Below are positions 1-10,799 of a stretch of DNA of 64,000 nt, piece after piece. Positions within the stretch are counted from its first letter, which is position 1, and each line of letters begins with the position of its first letter. A program made the position numbers and the translations under genes. The notes under the pieces are model-generated. The model ran no database searches. It saw only the letters and a list, made by a program, of their open reading frames with translations, and had not been told where the DNA came from. The DNA is taken from NCBI GenBank assembly GCA_905178155.1, contig CAJINV010000003.1:8476799-8540798 (forward strand). The letters are read 5' to 3'. The DNA comes from Amoebophrya sp. A120 (Eukaryota; Protista; Dinoflagellata).

Positions 1-420
1 CTCAAGAAAGAACTTGAGGACTTCAGCACTAGAAACGGAATCTGTAATGCGGATTTGCCTCAGAGAGTCTTCTAGACATAAATCCCTCAAGAAGTCTTCT
101 TGAGACAAATCCGCATTACAGATTCGCTTTGCAATGCTGAGGAATTCCATTTGCGGACTTGCCTCCAAAAAAAGCTTTAGAGCTTCAGCATTAGGAATGG
201 AATCTGTAATGCGGATTTGCCTCAAGAACTTCTTGAGGAAAATCCGCATCACAGATTCCATTTCCAATGCTTGTAGAAATGTAATCTGTAATGCGGATTT
301 GCCTCAGGAACAGGAACTTCTTGAGGAAAATCCGCATCACAGATTCCATTTCCAATGCTTGCAGAGATTGAATCTGTAATGCGGATTTGCCTCAAGAACT
401 AGCATCACAAATTCGCAAGC
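1..420. repeat. Palindromic (fold-back) satellite array
   Basis: Arm GAATCTGTAATGCGGATTTGCCTCAAGAA occurs at ~38, ~141 (degenerate), 200, 283 and 370. Its inverse TTCTTGAGGAAAATCCGCATCACAGATTC occurs at ~97, 231 and 318. 200-260 is a near-perfect ~61-bp palindrome. Confidence 0.9.
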
Positions 421-2905
421 TCATGATAAAAAGTTTACTTGAATCGACTCCAGTTCTTGAAAAATAACCAGCTGTCAACTTCAAAATAGCAGTACGTGGA
501 AAATAGAACAACCGGTAAGCGCTTTACAGTTTTGACTTTTTACAATTTCAATTGCAACAGAGGTCCGCCACAAATTAGAATTTCAGATTTTACAATACTA
601 GACTGCTTACTTCTGGATTTAACACAAACAACTTCAGAATTTACAACTTTCGACTCACCTACTTGGATAGGATGTGTACAGAAATTTTACTTCCCCGATC
701 CACAGATACGCAGCGACTGTATCCATTTGTGAAAGTGGAAAAGATGCTGCTGTTCTGTTTTTGGGGTCGTAGCTACGTCAGCTCCATCTCGTAGAAAAAC
801 TTTTTTGGATTTCTCGTATGTAGCAGCTCGCTAGCGTCAGAAAGAGCAAAGTTCTCGCTCATTGGGATAAAAACAATTCGTAGTCAGACCAATATTTCTA
901 TTCGTCGCACTACGTACAAAATGCATTACAAATTACCACAGAAAAGCACACGAAAACTTCACACCGAGAAGAACCCTGAACCGAAGCCAATTGCTGCCTC
1001 GACGAGAAAACAGGAATTTTGTTTTTTGTTACCTCTATAGTGTGAAAGCAATAAGAGGACGCCAAGAAGGGCGGGAGCAGAAGTATTAACTTGCGGGAAG
1101 CAAGTGTTTTCTACGATTGTTCGGAGATATCGGCTAAAAGAGATTTGTATGGAATTTTCAAAAATAAGTCTCAAGTTCCGGTATAGTGTCGCCTACCTCA
1201 GTTCGGTGCAGCTCTTTTCTGTTTTTTTGAAGTCGTAAAAGACCACAGTGACTCTAGCAAAGAAGATACTCTGTCGCTTTCGTCTTTCATCATTTTGGTT
1301 TATTCTTTAACGATTTTCGACACCGCCAGCGCTGGATGGTATCTTGTTTGTTAAAGAGTAACTCCTTTTTTTTCTTCAAGTCGTGTAGTCGTTCTTCGTG
1401 TCGAGCCAAGCTCTTCAAGAAAGACTATTGCCGCGCTCGTATGTCTTCATCGTCGGGGATTTTTTTTGGGAAATAGAAAGCATTTTTTCACAAAAGTAAA
1501 ATGCTCTATGCCTGTTGCTTCGGTGTTGATCCTTGCTCTCTGATCGTTGCCTCCAGGCGCCCTATGGTCGTTGCGAGCGGTGTATTCTTCTACCCCTCAA
1601 TACTCTCCCCGCGCCGAAGTTTCTAATGCACAGCTTTCACCGAGTTCAGTTTGTTGCTTTACTACTACTACTACTAACTCCTACGTAGATCCCCCTGTTG
1701 TTAATTACTACTAGTACTACTTTAGATTCATTTCCCGCGTTATATTTATTTACTAGAATTAGAACCCTCAGCGCTAATACTGTATGTAAGTAGAGCAGCC
1801 CTCCCGCCACTCCCGCTTTTATATATAAAAACAGTATGAGAAATGGAATAGTAACACTGTACAATCAGCATTCATGAATTCAAGTACAACACACAACACA
1901 CACAAAATCGCATTTACATAAGTAACCCGGGCCATAGCATAGAAAATTTAATGTGCAAGAATCTGGATCAAAAAGAGAAAAACAAAGCTCACCAAATTCG
2001 AATAGAAAGACTGACTTTCGTTTTCCAGTGCGACAGTCCAAGCAGTAGCTTCATTTTCCAATGCCGCAGTTATTCCAAGTCGAAGTCTCATGGCCATTTC
2101 GTGGACAATAAAAATTTGATAACACAAAGATGAAAGTCGGCATGTTTTTAGAAAAAGCGACAAAGTAGCATTACAAACTGATGACTGAGAAATGAGATCA
2201 ACTGTTACGCAAGGCCACAAGTTTACACTTGCAAGCGCTGCCATCTAGTCACTTTATAGTTTTTTGGTTTTACACCGAGCGCACCACTGTGAGAGCCAGC
2301 ACAGACCACCAAAAGTCTCTCGTCAGCTATCAGCCGTCCGTAGCAACTTTTTGCACAGTTTTACTCTTCGAAACAGCATGACAAGATCACACTTTCGTAT
2401 TTGTGTCAAGGAAAAAGTGTTAGAGTAAGATCATGATCCTGTACAAAAAGTATAAGTGAAAAATCGAAGTAAGTACACAGCAACTTTTTCACATTGGTGT
2501 TTTTTCTGGATCCAGGCGCGCGTGTGTTCAGAGGACTATAGCAGCCCTCGCCGCCTCCCCGGGCGGGGTAAAAGTACGGGCGGGCCGGGTTGACGCTTCG
2601 CTGTGCTGCGTTTTCATGTCTAGCATCGTGGCACTTCAGGCGGCGCTCCGGCGTTTTGCATGGTTTAGCAATTTCAATTCGCAATAGTCGTGCCAGCAGT
2701 GACGTCGTCATACCATCGGGTCTGCGTTCAATCCGCATGCTGCTATGAGCTAAAAACTGACAGAATCAAGAATACCGTCGTGATTGGCTGCAAGTTCTGC
2801 AAAAAAGTTCTCGAATGCAAAACGCGAATCAAAAAGGACCCCCGCAGACCCCCGCGCTGCGGAAACTGCCCCCCTTATAAAAAAGGCGTATGTTGTTATA
2901 AAAAG

Positions 2906-3033
2906 GCACATTCATCAACAGAGCAACCTACACAGAAAACCTGCTTGTTGATTGCGATGGGCGAATAATATCATTCGCCCATCGCAATCAACAAGCAGGC
3001 TTTCTGTGTAGGTTGCTCTGTTGATGAATGTGC
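2906..3033. repeat. Near-perfect 128-bp hairpin at the broken 3' end of the retrotransposon pol
   Basis: 2906-2966 is the reverse complement of 2973-3033 with one mismatch; the loop is 6 nt (AATATC). Confidence 0.95.
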
Positions 3034-6000
3034 AATAGTCCTGGATGTTTTCCGGCGAAATTTTGTCACTCTGCTGGAACACCCACTTGACTATTACCGA
3101 CCGCGGCCTGTATAGCTCGCCAGACAAAGCAACTATCGGCTTGCTCACGTCCTCGTGGTCGCAGTTGGGGATGTACAGGTGCAGGACTTCCGCGGTTCTT
3201 GCATCGCGGGTTTCGACGAACTGCAGCTTCTCCCACAACTCCGGCGAAAATTTCTTCTTCCACGTCAGCGTTGCGAACAAATCCACAAACGCTGTCTGCA
3301 CCACGAGGCCGTCGTCGCGCAGCGCTAGCTCCGTGCGCTCTGCGCTGACGTAGTCCGCGATTGTTCCGATTTTGATCTTCGGCAATTTTCCTTTTAACCG
3401 TCTTTCTGCTGGTATTTTGAACGGAGTGTTGAAGATGCCGGCAGAAGAGGAAGCACGCGCTAGGTTGTATTTCGCGATGTCCATCCTGCGCTGGATTACC
3501 GCCAAAGAATCCTGGACCGTGTGCCGAAACTTTTTCGCGCCGAGCATGTTCAGCGGGGCAGTTTGTTCTTCCCCTGTACGTTGCTCTGGTTTTTCTTTTT
3601 CCGCGATCGAGTAGTCGTCTCGGTCGATCAGCAGTACTGGGTACCCTTTGATCGTCTTCGCCTTGCCTACGAACTCCTCTTCCGTCGGAGCTGGTTTTTC
3701 GCGCAATACAAATTCGTCATCTGCGGACCCGGAGGTGTCGTCGATGTACACTCCGGCGTTTGGTTTGCCCATCGCATTTTTCTGCACGGCGAAAGCAGTG
3801 GTCGAGCGACTGTTGTAGAAGGCGGGATTTTGTTTCGGCCCGAGCGTGCCAGTCAGGTCCCGTAGAAGCGGTTCTTCTTCTAGTCCTGTCTGGTGCGCGC
3901 ACAGCCTTGACGTCTGCTCTGACGGGACCATCCCGCGAAAGCCGAAGTAGTGGTCTTTTTCGATCTGGAAGCGGCCGACGGGGCGGTCGTAAGAACGTGG
4001 CTCTGTTGCCCAGGCGATTGTTGTCGTCACGTCATTGTGCGGCACGTAGTCGCCTGCTACACGCTGTTCTTCCTCGGACCCTTTTGGAACTAAAAAATCG
4101 GATATCACTCCTATCGGTTCTCCGATTAATTCGACCGTTTTCCAGGAGTACGCCTCTTGGGCTCCAGATCGCAAACTCATGCGGACGTGGTGGGCCATGC
4201 AGAGCTTGTTGTACTGCCCGTGGTTGATCGGTCGTCCGACAAAACCACCCGGACAGCCGGGGATCAGCCACCATCGGGACTCGCGCCCTTCTATCACCGG
4301 GCTGGGACGGCCCGGGACGTGGTACGCAACTGCACGGCGCTCCGCCGACGCTATCAACCTTGCTTTGGTTTCTTCGTCGACCTCGTCGGAAATTTGAGAT
4401 TCATAATTTTCGACTACAAACTGCGCGAGCTGCTCGTCGGAGACCGGGTCACGCGCCATGGCTTCTAATTTATCGATTTTTGCCCTTAGCTTTTCGATCG
4501 ACTCTTCGGATTTGCGGTCTCTAGAGAGACACTTTTTCTCGTGCTTGGAGATGCAAATCGCTTGCTTGTAGCCTGCTTCTAACTGATCGCTGGCGTCCTG
4601 CATCTCTTTCATCATTTCCGATTCAATCGCATGCAGGAGCTGATCCGTATCCGTTTTTTCGTCTCCGGCTTCAAACACAGGCGGACCGTAGCACATACTG
4701 ATCGTGTACTCGCCTGGGCGAAACGCGGCTTCTTGAAACTCGTGCGACATGTTGTACAAATTCACCTGCACGGGCCGAAGCTGATCTTTGTGTTGCGGAA
4801 GACGCTGGTGCTCCGTCACCAGAGTGAAGGTCATTCCGCGCTGGATCAGTAGCTTCGTCGGGGCTATCACTATGTAGTTCAAGCCGAGCCGGTATTTCGC
4901 TGGAGTATCAATCTGCGCCGTTGCTGATTGTCCCGGCGGAATAAGCCCGTCGCAGTGCTCGGAAATCGGCTTCGTCACTACTGATTGCACCGAAGTCGCT
5001 TTTTTCACAAAACCCGGCAACGAAGCAGGGGCTGGTGTTAACTTTTTGCAGATACCGTTCGTGATGTGCTCGAGCGTCGCTCTGTCGGCCATCTCCGGCG
5101 CTACTTGCCCGCTCTCGCCGAGGTAAAGCTGCTCTTTGATGAGGTTCAGCCGCTGCGCCGTCTGCACACACGTCGTCCATTCGCTGGCGCGCGGCTCCGT
5201 CGCGACGATCCACATTGTTTCTGCAATATGCCATTTCTGCTTATCATCCTTGTCGACGAAATGCAAGTTCACCATCGCAGTGTGATCAAAAGCAAGTCCT
5301 GTCGACTGCTCCAGAAACTGGCGCGCACGCAGGTCGCACGGCTCCGAGATCATGAAATCATACTGCGCTTTTTCATTTTCCGACATCACCTTTGAAGTAT
5401 TCGGATCTAGGATATCCCCCATGGTGTTGCCGCTGTCGATCTCGATCCACACCCAGACTCCCGTGCTCCGTCCTATCTCGGCGCGGATGTAGAGCCCCTG
5501 TGGTCTTTCTTCTTTCTGCAGCCTGGCGACTTTGAATTTCTTTATTCCTTTGACTGCTACAAGTTTCGACGTAAATGTTTTTCCATCGCTTGTTTGCAGC
5601 TGGTCTCCTGGCGCGAACAAAACCGCTGTTCCGGGGTCTAGATCCGGCGGGAGGGAAGTCTGCGCGTCGTGCTGCATACTTTCGCAAGCCGTTATCTCCA
5701 TTTGCGATGCAGCTACAGCAACTGCTGGAGACGAGCCCGCTGATTGGGACTCTGTCAGAATCGGCGGCGCGCTGGTAGCATCTGGCTCATCCTCCACCGC
5801 GGCCTGTTCATCGCTGGTTTTCACTGACTTGAAAATCTGCGCCGCGGTATCGGAACCCTGGTGCACTTCCTCGTCCGCAGCGCCGTCGTCTTCGCCGTCT
5901 GACTCATCTTCTGACGCTGTTACCTGCTGCAATAGCTGCTTTTGCTCCTGCAGCGCGCGGAATTTTGCTACTTCGAAGCTAGGAATTTCGTGGTCATGCC

Positions 6001-8407
6001 CGATTTCTTGTCCTCGGAAGTCGAGCACTTTTGTCGATGCTGACCCGTAGGACGTGAGACCGGTGTATTTTTCGTAAAACAGCTTCGCCTGCTCGTCCGG
6101 TTGCTGCAGCGCCGGCGGTGGGCGAAGTCGGTTGACCTTGGCTCCGTTTAACCATTTTCCTCCGGACGCGTCGTACACGGCGAGCGACTTTTTCTTACTT
6201 TCGTCTCTCGCGCGCATCTGGTCCGCTGTCAACGTTCCCTCCTGCGGGGTCGCGACCTTGGCGGCGGGTGCCGCGGCTTTCGCCTTGGCTTCTTGGCCAT
6301 TTTCTGCCCTTGGCCACGGCGAGTTGTAGTCGCGCTGCTTCCCTCCGCCTTTTCCTTTCGTTCCCGACGCGTTGGTCTTGTTCTTACCTTTGCCTTTGTC
6401 GTCTTTCCAGCCATACTGGTGCTTGAGCATGCACTTCGCGGTCAGCTGCTTCTCGTCGCGCTTGAAGCCTTCGTCTTTTGCAAGGTCGTTCGGGCAGCCG
6501 AAGTCCTCATTGTTCTTCCCTGTCACCGGGTGACGCCCTTTGCACCGCTGGCATTTCACCGCGGGCGCGCGCAGGAAGAGCTGGCCGTATGTTGATTTCA
6601 TTTTATTGAGCCCGTCCTTGTGGTGCCTGAAGATATGCGTGTCGGGCGTGTCTACAGCTTCACAAAGGACATCCTCGTCCTCGCCGTTGCCGCTTCCCTG
6701 CGGTTTCGTACCGGACATGAGGACTTCGCTCAGCGCTTGTTTGGAGGCTTTGACGCCCGGCATCTGCAGCAGCGTGTTTACCATCTCGCTTCTCATCGTG
6801 GTCACCTGCTGTTGCGTGCCGCTGGAGACAACATCACTCACGATCGACTTCATCGACTTCGCCGACTTTTTCGGGCCGGTTTCTGTACTTCCGTATCCAG
6901 AACCGTCCCCGCCGGCTGTAGTTGCTTTTGCTTTCGGAGTAGTCGTAGCTTTAGCTGTTGTTTGCTTCTCCGCTGCATATTTTTCGGCACGCATCGCTTG
7001 CGTCTGCTCATCTTGCGCTCGAAACTTGATCGCATCGCAGAACTGCGCGAGAGTGCGGTCGCCTTCTTGCACCGCTGCCGCACGCGACGTGCTGTAAAAT
7101 TCTTGCACATAAGGACGCGGAAGTTGTTTTTCAAAAGCTGTAACGCATTGAGAAATAATCGCGTCCTCGTTTTGCTTCGTGTTTTTGTCGATCGGTTTCA
7201 GGCCTTTTTTCATCTCCCGCATGATCTTGCACGACTGCAAATTCTGCAAAATATCTGTTGTGAACTGGATAACTGCAGGCGGGTTGGAAGACGCGAGCTT
7301 GGTCTGCAGCAGCGTTTCCTCCGCGATTTCCACCGACGATAGCGTGTCGCCCTTGAGGTTGAAAGCGTCCGCCACCATCAAGCGGAAAGCTTTGATCACT
7401 TCTTCGTAGTCGTATTCTAGTTTTCCCGGCACCACTAGCTTCTGGACGTCGTCCGGGTACTCGCGGTCTGCTGGGAGGATGTTGCTTTCACTATAGTATT
7501 GGAATTTCGATTGCAGTAGCGACATAGAATTCTTGACCTGTTCGAACATCTGCTTGGAGGTATTCGCCAGCGATTTCATGTTGCTGCGTCCTAGCGTCGT
7601 ATAAATCTTCTTGAAATTGCGGTTGGGCAAGTGGATCGCCTCGTCAAGCCTCGCCAAATCCTGCTGCGCTGCCCGACGCGGATCCGGATCGTGCACCGAG
7701 GCGCACATCGCAATGTCCTCCAGTTTCTCCTTATCGTCATTCCCGCGGTCGCTGCTAGAAGAGCGCTTTTTCTCCTCCGCTTTTACTGCTGCTGGCTCGA
7801 TCAGCGCTTGCACACGCAGAGAGCCTGCATAAATGACGAGTTTTTTTATTGTTGCTGCTTGAAGCCCGCACCAGCGTGCGGCTTCTCGCTTTACTCTCCG
7901 ATACCAGCGGGCGGTCTGCTCCGGGTCGAGTACTTCCTCCTCCGGAACCGGCATTACAAATTCGACGAAGATCTGCCTATTTCCCGTTTCCGCGTTCTCC
8001 GCGGTGTAGAGGGCGTCGATTTTCGGTGCGTAGCCGCAGACCTGCTCTTGCGATTCGAGGATATTCCGCAGTGCCGGTGCGAGGCCCGGAGCAACCGTGT
8101 TGAACTCTTTTTGTACTAGCTTTTTCGTTGTCTCCGAACCTTCGAGAGCGTTCGACGCAATATTGTGATGCAGAACAGTATCAAAACGTTCCTCGATGTC
8201 GTCGATAGAGTTCGCTTTCGCTGTTTGTTGCTGGATCGGTGGATAAGAGATTTGCGAAGCAGCCGTAGATCCGCGTTCCGAAGGCAGCGGCGACATCCCG
8301 GGCAGCGCTCTGGTCCTACTGTTCGGGATGCTGTGCAGCTCCTGCTGACCGAAGTTGACTTTTTTCGGCGGCGGCTTTCTACCATCACCACTTTCGCTTT
8401 CCAGCAA
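2915..8407 (-). CDS. Gag-Pol polyprotein: atypical Zn knuckle, retropepsin, dUTPase-like linker, reverse transcriptase; C-terminus truncated
   Basis: CQRCKGRH-x11-C (~6490-6553); IEIDSGN protease motif (DSG 5429-5437); IPPGQSA...VQVNLYN...FRPGE dUTPase-like segment (~4690-4960); RT motifs RVAGDYVPHN, EKDHYFGF, LGPKQNPAFY and YIDD (3737-3748). First ATG is at 8296; the last ~20 codons come from the hairpin. Confidence 0.85.
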   Translation of the reverse strand: MLESESGDGRKPPPKKVNFGQQELHSIPNSRTRALPGMSPLPSERGSTAASQISYPPIQQQTAKANSIDDIEERFDTVLHHNIASNALEGSETTKKLVQKEFNTVAPGLAPALRNILESQEQVCGYAPKIDALYTAENAETGNRQIFVEFVMPVPEEEVLDPEQTARWYRRVKREAARWCGLQAATIKKLVIYAGSLRVQALIEPAAVKAEEKKRSSSSDRGNDDKEKLEDIAMCASVHDPDPRRAAQQDLARLDEAIHLPNRNFKKIYTTLGRSNMKSLANTSKQMFEQVKNSMSLLQSKFQYYSESNILPADREYPDDVQKLVVPGKLEYDYEEVIKAFRLMVADAFNLKGDTLSSVEIAEETLLQTKLASSNPPAVIQFTTDILQNLQSCKIMREMKKGLKPIDKNTKQNEDAIISQCVTAFEKQLPRPYVQEFYSTSRAAAVQEGDRTLAQFCDAIKFRAQDEQTQAMRAEKYAAEKQTTAKATTTPKAKATTAGGDGSGYGSTETGPKKSAKSMKSIVSDVVSSGTQQQVTTMRSEMVNTLLQMPGVKASKQALSEVLMSGTKPQGSGNGEDEDVLCEAVDTPDTHIFRHHKDGLNKMKSTYGQLFLRAPAVKCQRCKGRHPVTGKNNEDFGCPNDLAKDEGFKRDEKQLTAKCMLKHQYGWKDDKGKGKNKTNASGTKGKGGGKQRDYNSPWPRAENGQEAKAKAAAPAAKVATPQEGTLTADQMRARDESKKKSLAVYDASGGKWLNGAKVNRLRPPPALQQPDEQAKLFYEKYTGLTSYGSASTKVLDFRGQEIGHDHEIPSFEVAKFRALQEQKQLLQQVTASEDESDGEDDGAADEEVHQGSDTAAQIFKSVKTSDEQAAVEDEPDATSAPPILTESQSAGSSPAVAVAASQMEITACESMQHDAQTSLPPDLDPGTAVLFAPGDQLQTSDGKTFTSKLVAVKGIKKFKVARLQKEERPQGLYIRAEIGRSTGVWVWIEIDSGNTMGDILDPNTSKVMSENEKAQYDFMISEPCDLRARQFLEQSTGLAFDHTAMVNLHFVDKDDKQKWHIAETMWIVATEPRASEWTTCVQTAQRLNLIKEQLYLGESGQVAPEMADRATLEHITNGICKKLTPAPASLPGFVKKATSVQSVVTKPISEHCDGLIPPGQSATAQIDTPAKYRLGLNYIVIAPTKLLIQRGMTFTLVTEHQRLPQHKDQLRPVQVNLYNMSHEFQEAAFRPGEYTISMCYGPPVFEAGDEKTDTDQLLHAIESEMMKEMQDASDQLEAGYKQAICISKHEKKCLSRDRKSEESIEKLRAKIDKLEAMARDPVSDEQLAQFVVENYESQISDEVDEETKARLIASAERRAVAYHVPGRPSPVIEGRESRWWLIPGCPGGFVGRPINHGQYNKLCMAHHVRMSLRSGAQEAYSWKTVELIGEPIGVISDFLVPKGSEEEQRVAGDYVPHNDVTTTIAWATEPRSYDRPVGRFQIEKDHYFGFRGMVPSEQTSRLCAHQTGLEEEPLLRDLTGTLGPKQNPAFYNSRSTTAFAVQKNAMGKPNAGVYIDDTSGSADDEFVLREKPAPTEEEFVGKAKTIKGYPVLLIDRDDYSIAEKEKPEQRTGEEQTAPLNMLGAKKFRHTVQDSLAVIQRRMDIAKYNLARASSSAGIFNTPFKIPAERRLKGKLPKIKIGTIADYVSAERTELALRDDGLVVQTAFVDLFATLTWKKKFSPELWEKLQFVETRDARTAEVLHLYIPNCDHEDVSKPIVALSGELYRPRSVIVKWVFQQSDKISPENIQDYCTFINRATYTESLLVDCDGRMILFAHRNQQAGFLCRLLC

Positions 8408-8419
8408 GAAGCCGCTCTA
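8371..8419 (-). promoter_or_regulatory. Candidate stop-codon readthrough signal (UAG + 3' stem-loop)
   Basis: On the minus strand GCGGCTT (8415-8409) starts 1 nt after the TAG and pairs with AAGCCGC (8377-8371); the stem can be extended with G:U pairs. Confidence 0.5.
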
Positions 8420-9895
8420 GTCGCTTGCTGTCCAGCGCGGCTGCGCCGCTTTCTCCTGCGGCGGAAGGAAGACTGACTGTTCCATCACTTCACTGCTCCG
8501 CGGAGACAGGTCAAAATACTCGGTATGATTATTTTGCGGTGGTTTTGATATTTGCGCGAGCTCCGTGATTTTTGTATTGGTTTCCTCGCTGCACGCAGAA
8601 GCAAAGTTGTCCAGTCGAGTGCGCATCGTGTCGATAATTTCGTATTTCTTCTCGTCGAGCGCTGACTCGTACCATTCGTACACTTCGTCGAATTTCTGCT
8701 CCTGCTCTTCTTTGTGCTGCTCGAAGTCGCGACGTAGCTCGTCAACGTCATTCACTGTGTCGGTCAGTTTCGCGTTCACCTGCTGTAAACTGTTTGTCGT
8801 TCCAACACACAAAGCTTGCGTCGCTGTGTGCGCATCCGACACGAAGGTGATTTTTTCGCGTAGTTGCGCGTCGCTGCGCGCTACTAGCTCGCGCGTCGTC
8901 GCATTTTCTGCTGAATTCACCTCCTTGTGCTCCAGCAGCTTTGCGTCGATCGCTGTCTGCAACTCGTTGCTGCGCTTCTCGGACAAAGAACGCATTTCCA
9001 CACTATCCGCCGACGTCGCTTCTTTGTGCTCTGACAGCTGCTTCGTCATTTTATTTTCGAATTCTTCTTGCTGCGACAGGTGGGATTGCTGCTTCGTTTT
9101 CAGCTCCTCCACTTCGGAGCGGATAAGCGCGGTGTCCTCGAGCTGCTTTTTCACAGCTTCCAGCTTCGCTTCGAACTCTTTGTGGCGGTCGGCATCTTTC
9201 ACGTCGGCCACTGCGGTTTGCAACTCGGCAAATTGCGACTGCAGAGTGTCGAGGTAGTTGTGAAGCTCTTCGTCGGTGTTCTGCAGCTCGTTTCCGATCT
9301 GCTTTTTCGCGGTATCCACCAGCAAGTCGATTTTCTTGTTCAAGTCCATCGTCTCTTGTTGCGCCTTGTTCTCATGCGCGCGGAACCGCTCGTCTGCCTC
9401 CTGCAGCTTCTTGCTCAGCGAGTCGCTGCCGATTTGCATTCTCTGTTCTAGCGCATTCGAATCGTCGTTGAATTTGCTGAACAGTGACTGTTTTAATTCG
9501 TGTAGCTCCGCCGATTGCGTCTGGATTTTATCCGCTAACATTTGGACCTCCAGATTGCACTTATTCACAACGGACAGTGCTCTCCTCTGGTCCGGCGACA
9601 AGGAAACTCCGCGGATGTTTCGCCTTCCTACGACGCCGCTCGCATACCGCGTTGTGTTGCTGCGACCCAGCATGCGGCTGGCGCTGGATGCTTCCATCGC
9701 TGCGGCAGTTCTCGTAGCTGTTACTCGTTGTCCTTCGGCATTCTCTACTGTTACCGAGTCGGTCCTGACGAAGGAATTTGCGCGCTCTGACGGAGTTGCA
9801 AATAGTTCCTCTGTATGCGTGGTAGTCGGATTTCCTCCCATCGATACGTCCGAGATGGAGGAAAAATCTCGCATTTCGTTGTCGTCGTCCGCCAT
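8417..9895 (-). CDS. Retroelement coiled-coil protein (492 aa from ATG 9895), in frame with gag-pol across a single UAG
   Basis: Long heptad-like E/K/Q/L-rich ORF. TAG at 8419-8417 is followed by AGC GGC TTC TTG in the same frame as the 1830-aa ORF. Confidence 0.8.
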   Translation of the reverse strand: MADDDNEMRDFSSISDVSMGGNPTTTHTEELFATPSERANSFVRTDSVTVENAEGQRVTATRTAAAMEASSASRMLGRSNTTRYASGVVGRRNIRGVSLSPDQRRALSVVNKCNLEVQMLADKIQTQSAELHELKQSLFSKFNDDSNALEQRMQIGSDSLSKKLQEADERFRAHENKAQQETMDLNKKIDLLVDTAKKQIGNELQNTDEELHNYLDTLQSQFAELQTAVADVKDADRHKEFEAKLEAVKKQLEDTALIRSEVEELKTKQQSHLSQQEEFENKMTKQLSEHKEATSADSVEMRSLSEKRSNELQTAIDAKLLEHKEVNSAENATTRELVARSDAQLREKITFVSDAHTATQALCVGTTNSLQQVNAKLTDTVNDVDELRRDFEQHKEEQEQKFDEVYEWYESALDEKKYEIIDTMRTRLDNFASACSEETNTKITELAQISKPPQNNHTEYFDLSPRSSEVMEQSVFLPPQEKAAQPRWTASD

Positions 9896-9899
9896 CTTT

Positions 9900-10718
9900 T
9901 CAGTCGCTGACCAGCGTGGCGTCGAAGAAGCGCGGAAGCGTCGGAAGCCTTGGCTGTCTTTGTTTTCTCTTATTTCTTCTTCGCCGGGGCGTAGCCGGTT
10001 CTGCTTCTGGCTGATCCGGTTCTCCCTGTAGCAATGCGTCTTCGAGATGTTTTGCAAATCGACGTTGCAAGAACAAAAAATGGTGGTTGTATTGCTCCGC
10101 GATTTCTACTTCTCGATAGAGGCGTCTAATAATTTGTTTAGCATGCGCGATTTTGGTTTGCTCTGTTGAAAATCCAAACCAAATTTGCGGCTTCGTGCGC
10201 CGGCGCAGCAATCGGATGTAGACCGGTTCCCGTGCGAAGAGGATGATCGGCCACAAATGCCACCCGCACTTGAGATGCTGCCAGCCCGCAGTCCGTCTGT
10301 TGACTTTGACCTGGTAGTGCGGGTGGGGAATCGTTTCCCGCTGCGCCGTAACGTCGATGCTCTGGTACCTGATTCCTGTTACTCTTAGTACTGTTGATGC
10401 CGAATTCCAGTTCGGGCCGATGTAGTACCTGGCTACACGCTCGAACGCGAAGAAGAGGTCGTCTGTGCTCCAGTATTCGTTCGATTTCTCCTTCGGCGCG
10501 TAGACTGTGCAGATAAAATCTTCCAGTTCTACTTCCGGCGTATCCCAAGGCAGCCGTGCTAAATTTTCCACCGAGTTCGTGAACGGCTCGAAAAACCCTT
10601 CGTTGATTCCGGCTCGTGCTGCCCGGTCGGTCCAGCTGTATTCTGCTTGCAATCGTCTAGATCTCCTCATCCATATTTCGTATAGTTGCTGTCCGGGACG
10701 GCCCGTGAAAGAGAGCAA
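9900..10718 (-). CDS. Accessory ORF B of retroelement, unknown function
   Basis: 272-codon intronless R/W/Y-rich ORF; its TGA lies 4 nt before the ATG of the coiled-coil ORF. An in-frame ATG at 10799 is separated from it by one TAA. Confidence 0.6.
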   Translation of the reverse strand: MLSFTGRPGQQLYEIWMRRSRRLQAEYSWTDRAARAGINEGFFEPFTNSVENLARLPWDTPEVELEDFICTVYAPKEKSNEYWSTDDLFFAFERVARYYIGPNWNSASTVLRVTGIRYQSIDVTAQRETIPHPHYQVKVNRRTAGWQHLKCGWHLWPIILFAREPVYIRLLRRRTKPQIWFGFSTEQTKIAHAKQIIRRLYREVEIAEQYNHHFLFLQRRFAKHLEDALLQGEPDQPEAEPATPRRRRNKRKQRQPRLPTLPRFFDATLVSD

Positions 10719-10799
10719 ACGAAATAACGATAAGAATTGTAATTAATGCGAGGGGGTGTGCAAGCAAAAGGAGTGTAGTTGTTTTTGCGCGATGGACAT

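Noticed and set aside
700-2500. Second LTR or genes left of the retroelement
   Set aside because: No match to 11928-12354 was seen and the ORFs are short and featureless.
3045-10031. Plus-strand ORFs overlapping the retroelement
   Set aside because: Antisense shadows of a GC-rich coding strand.
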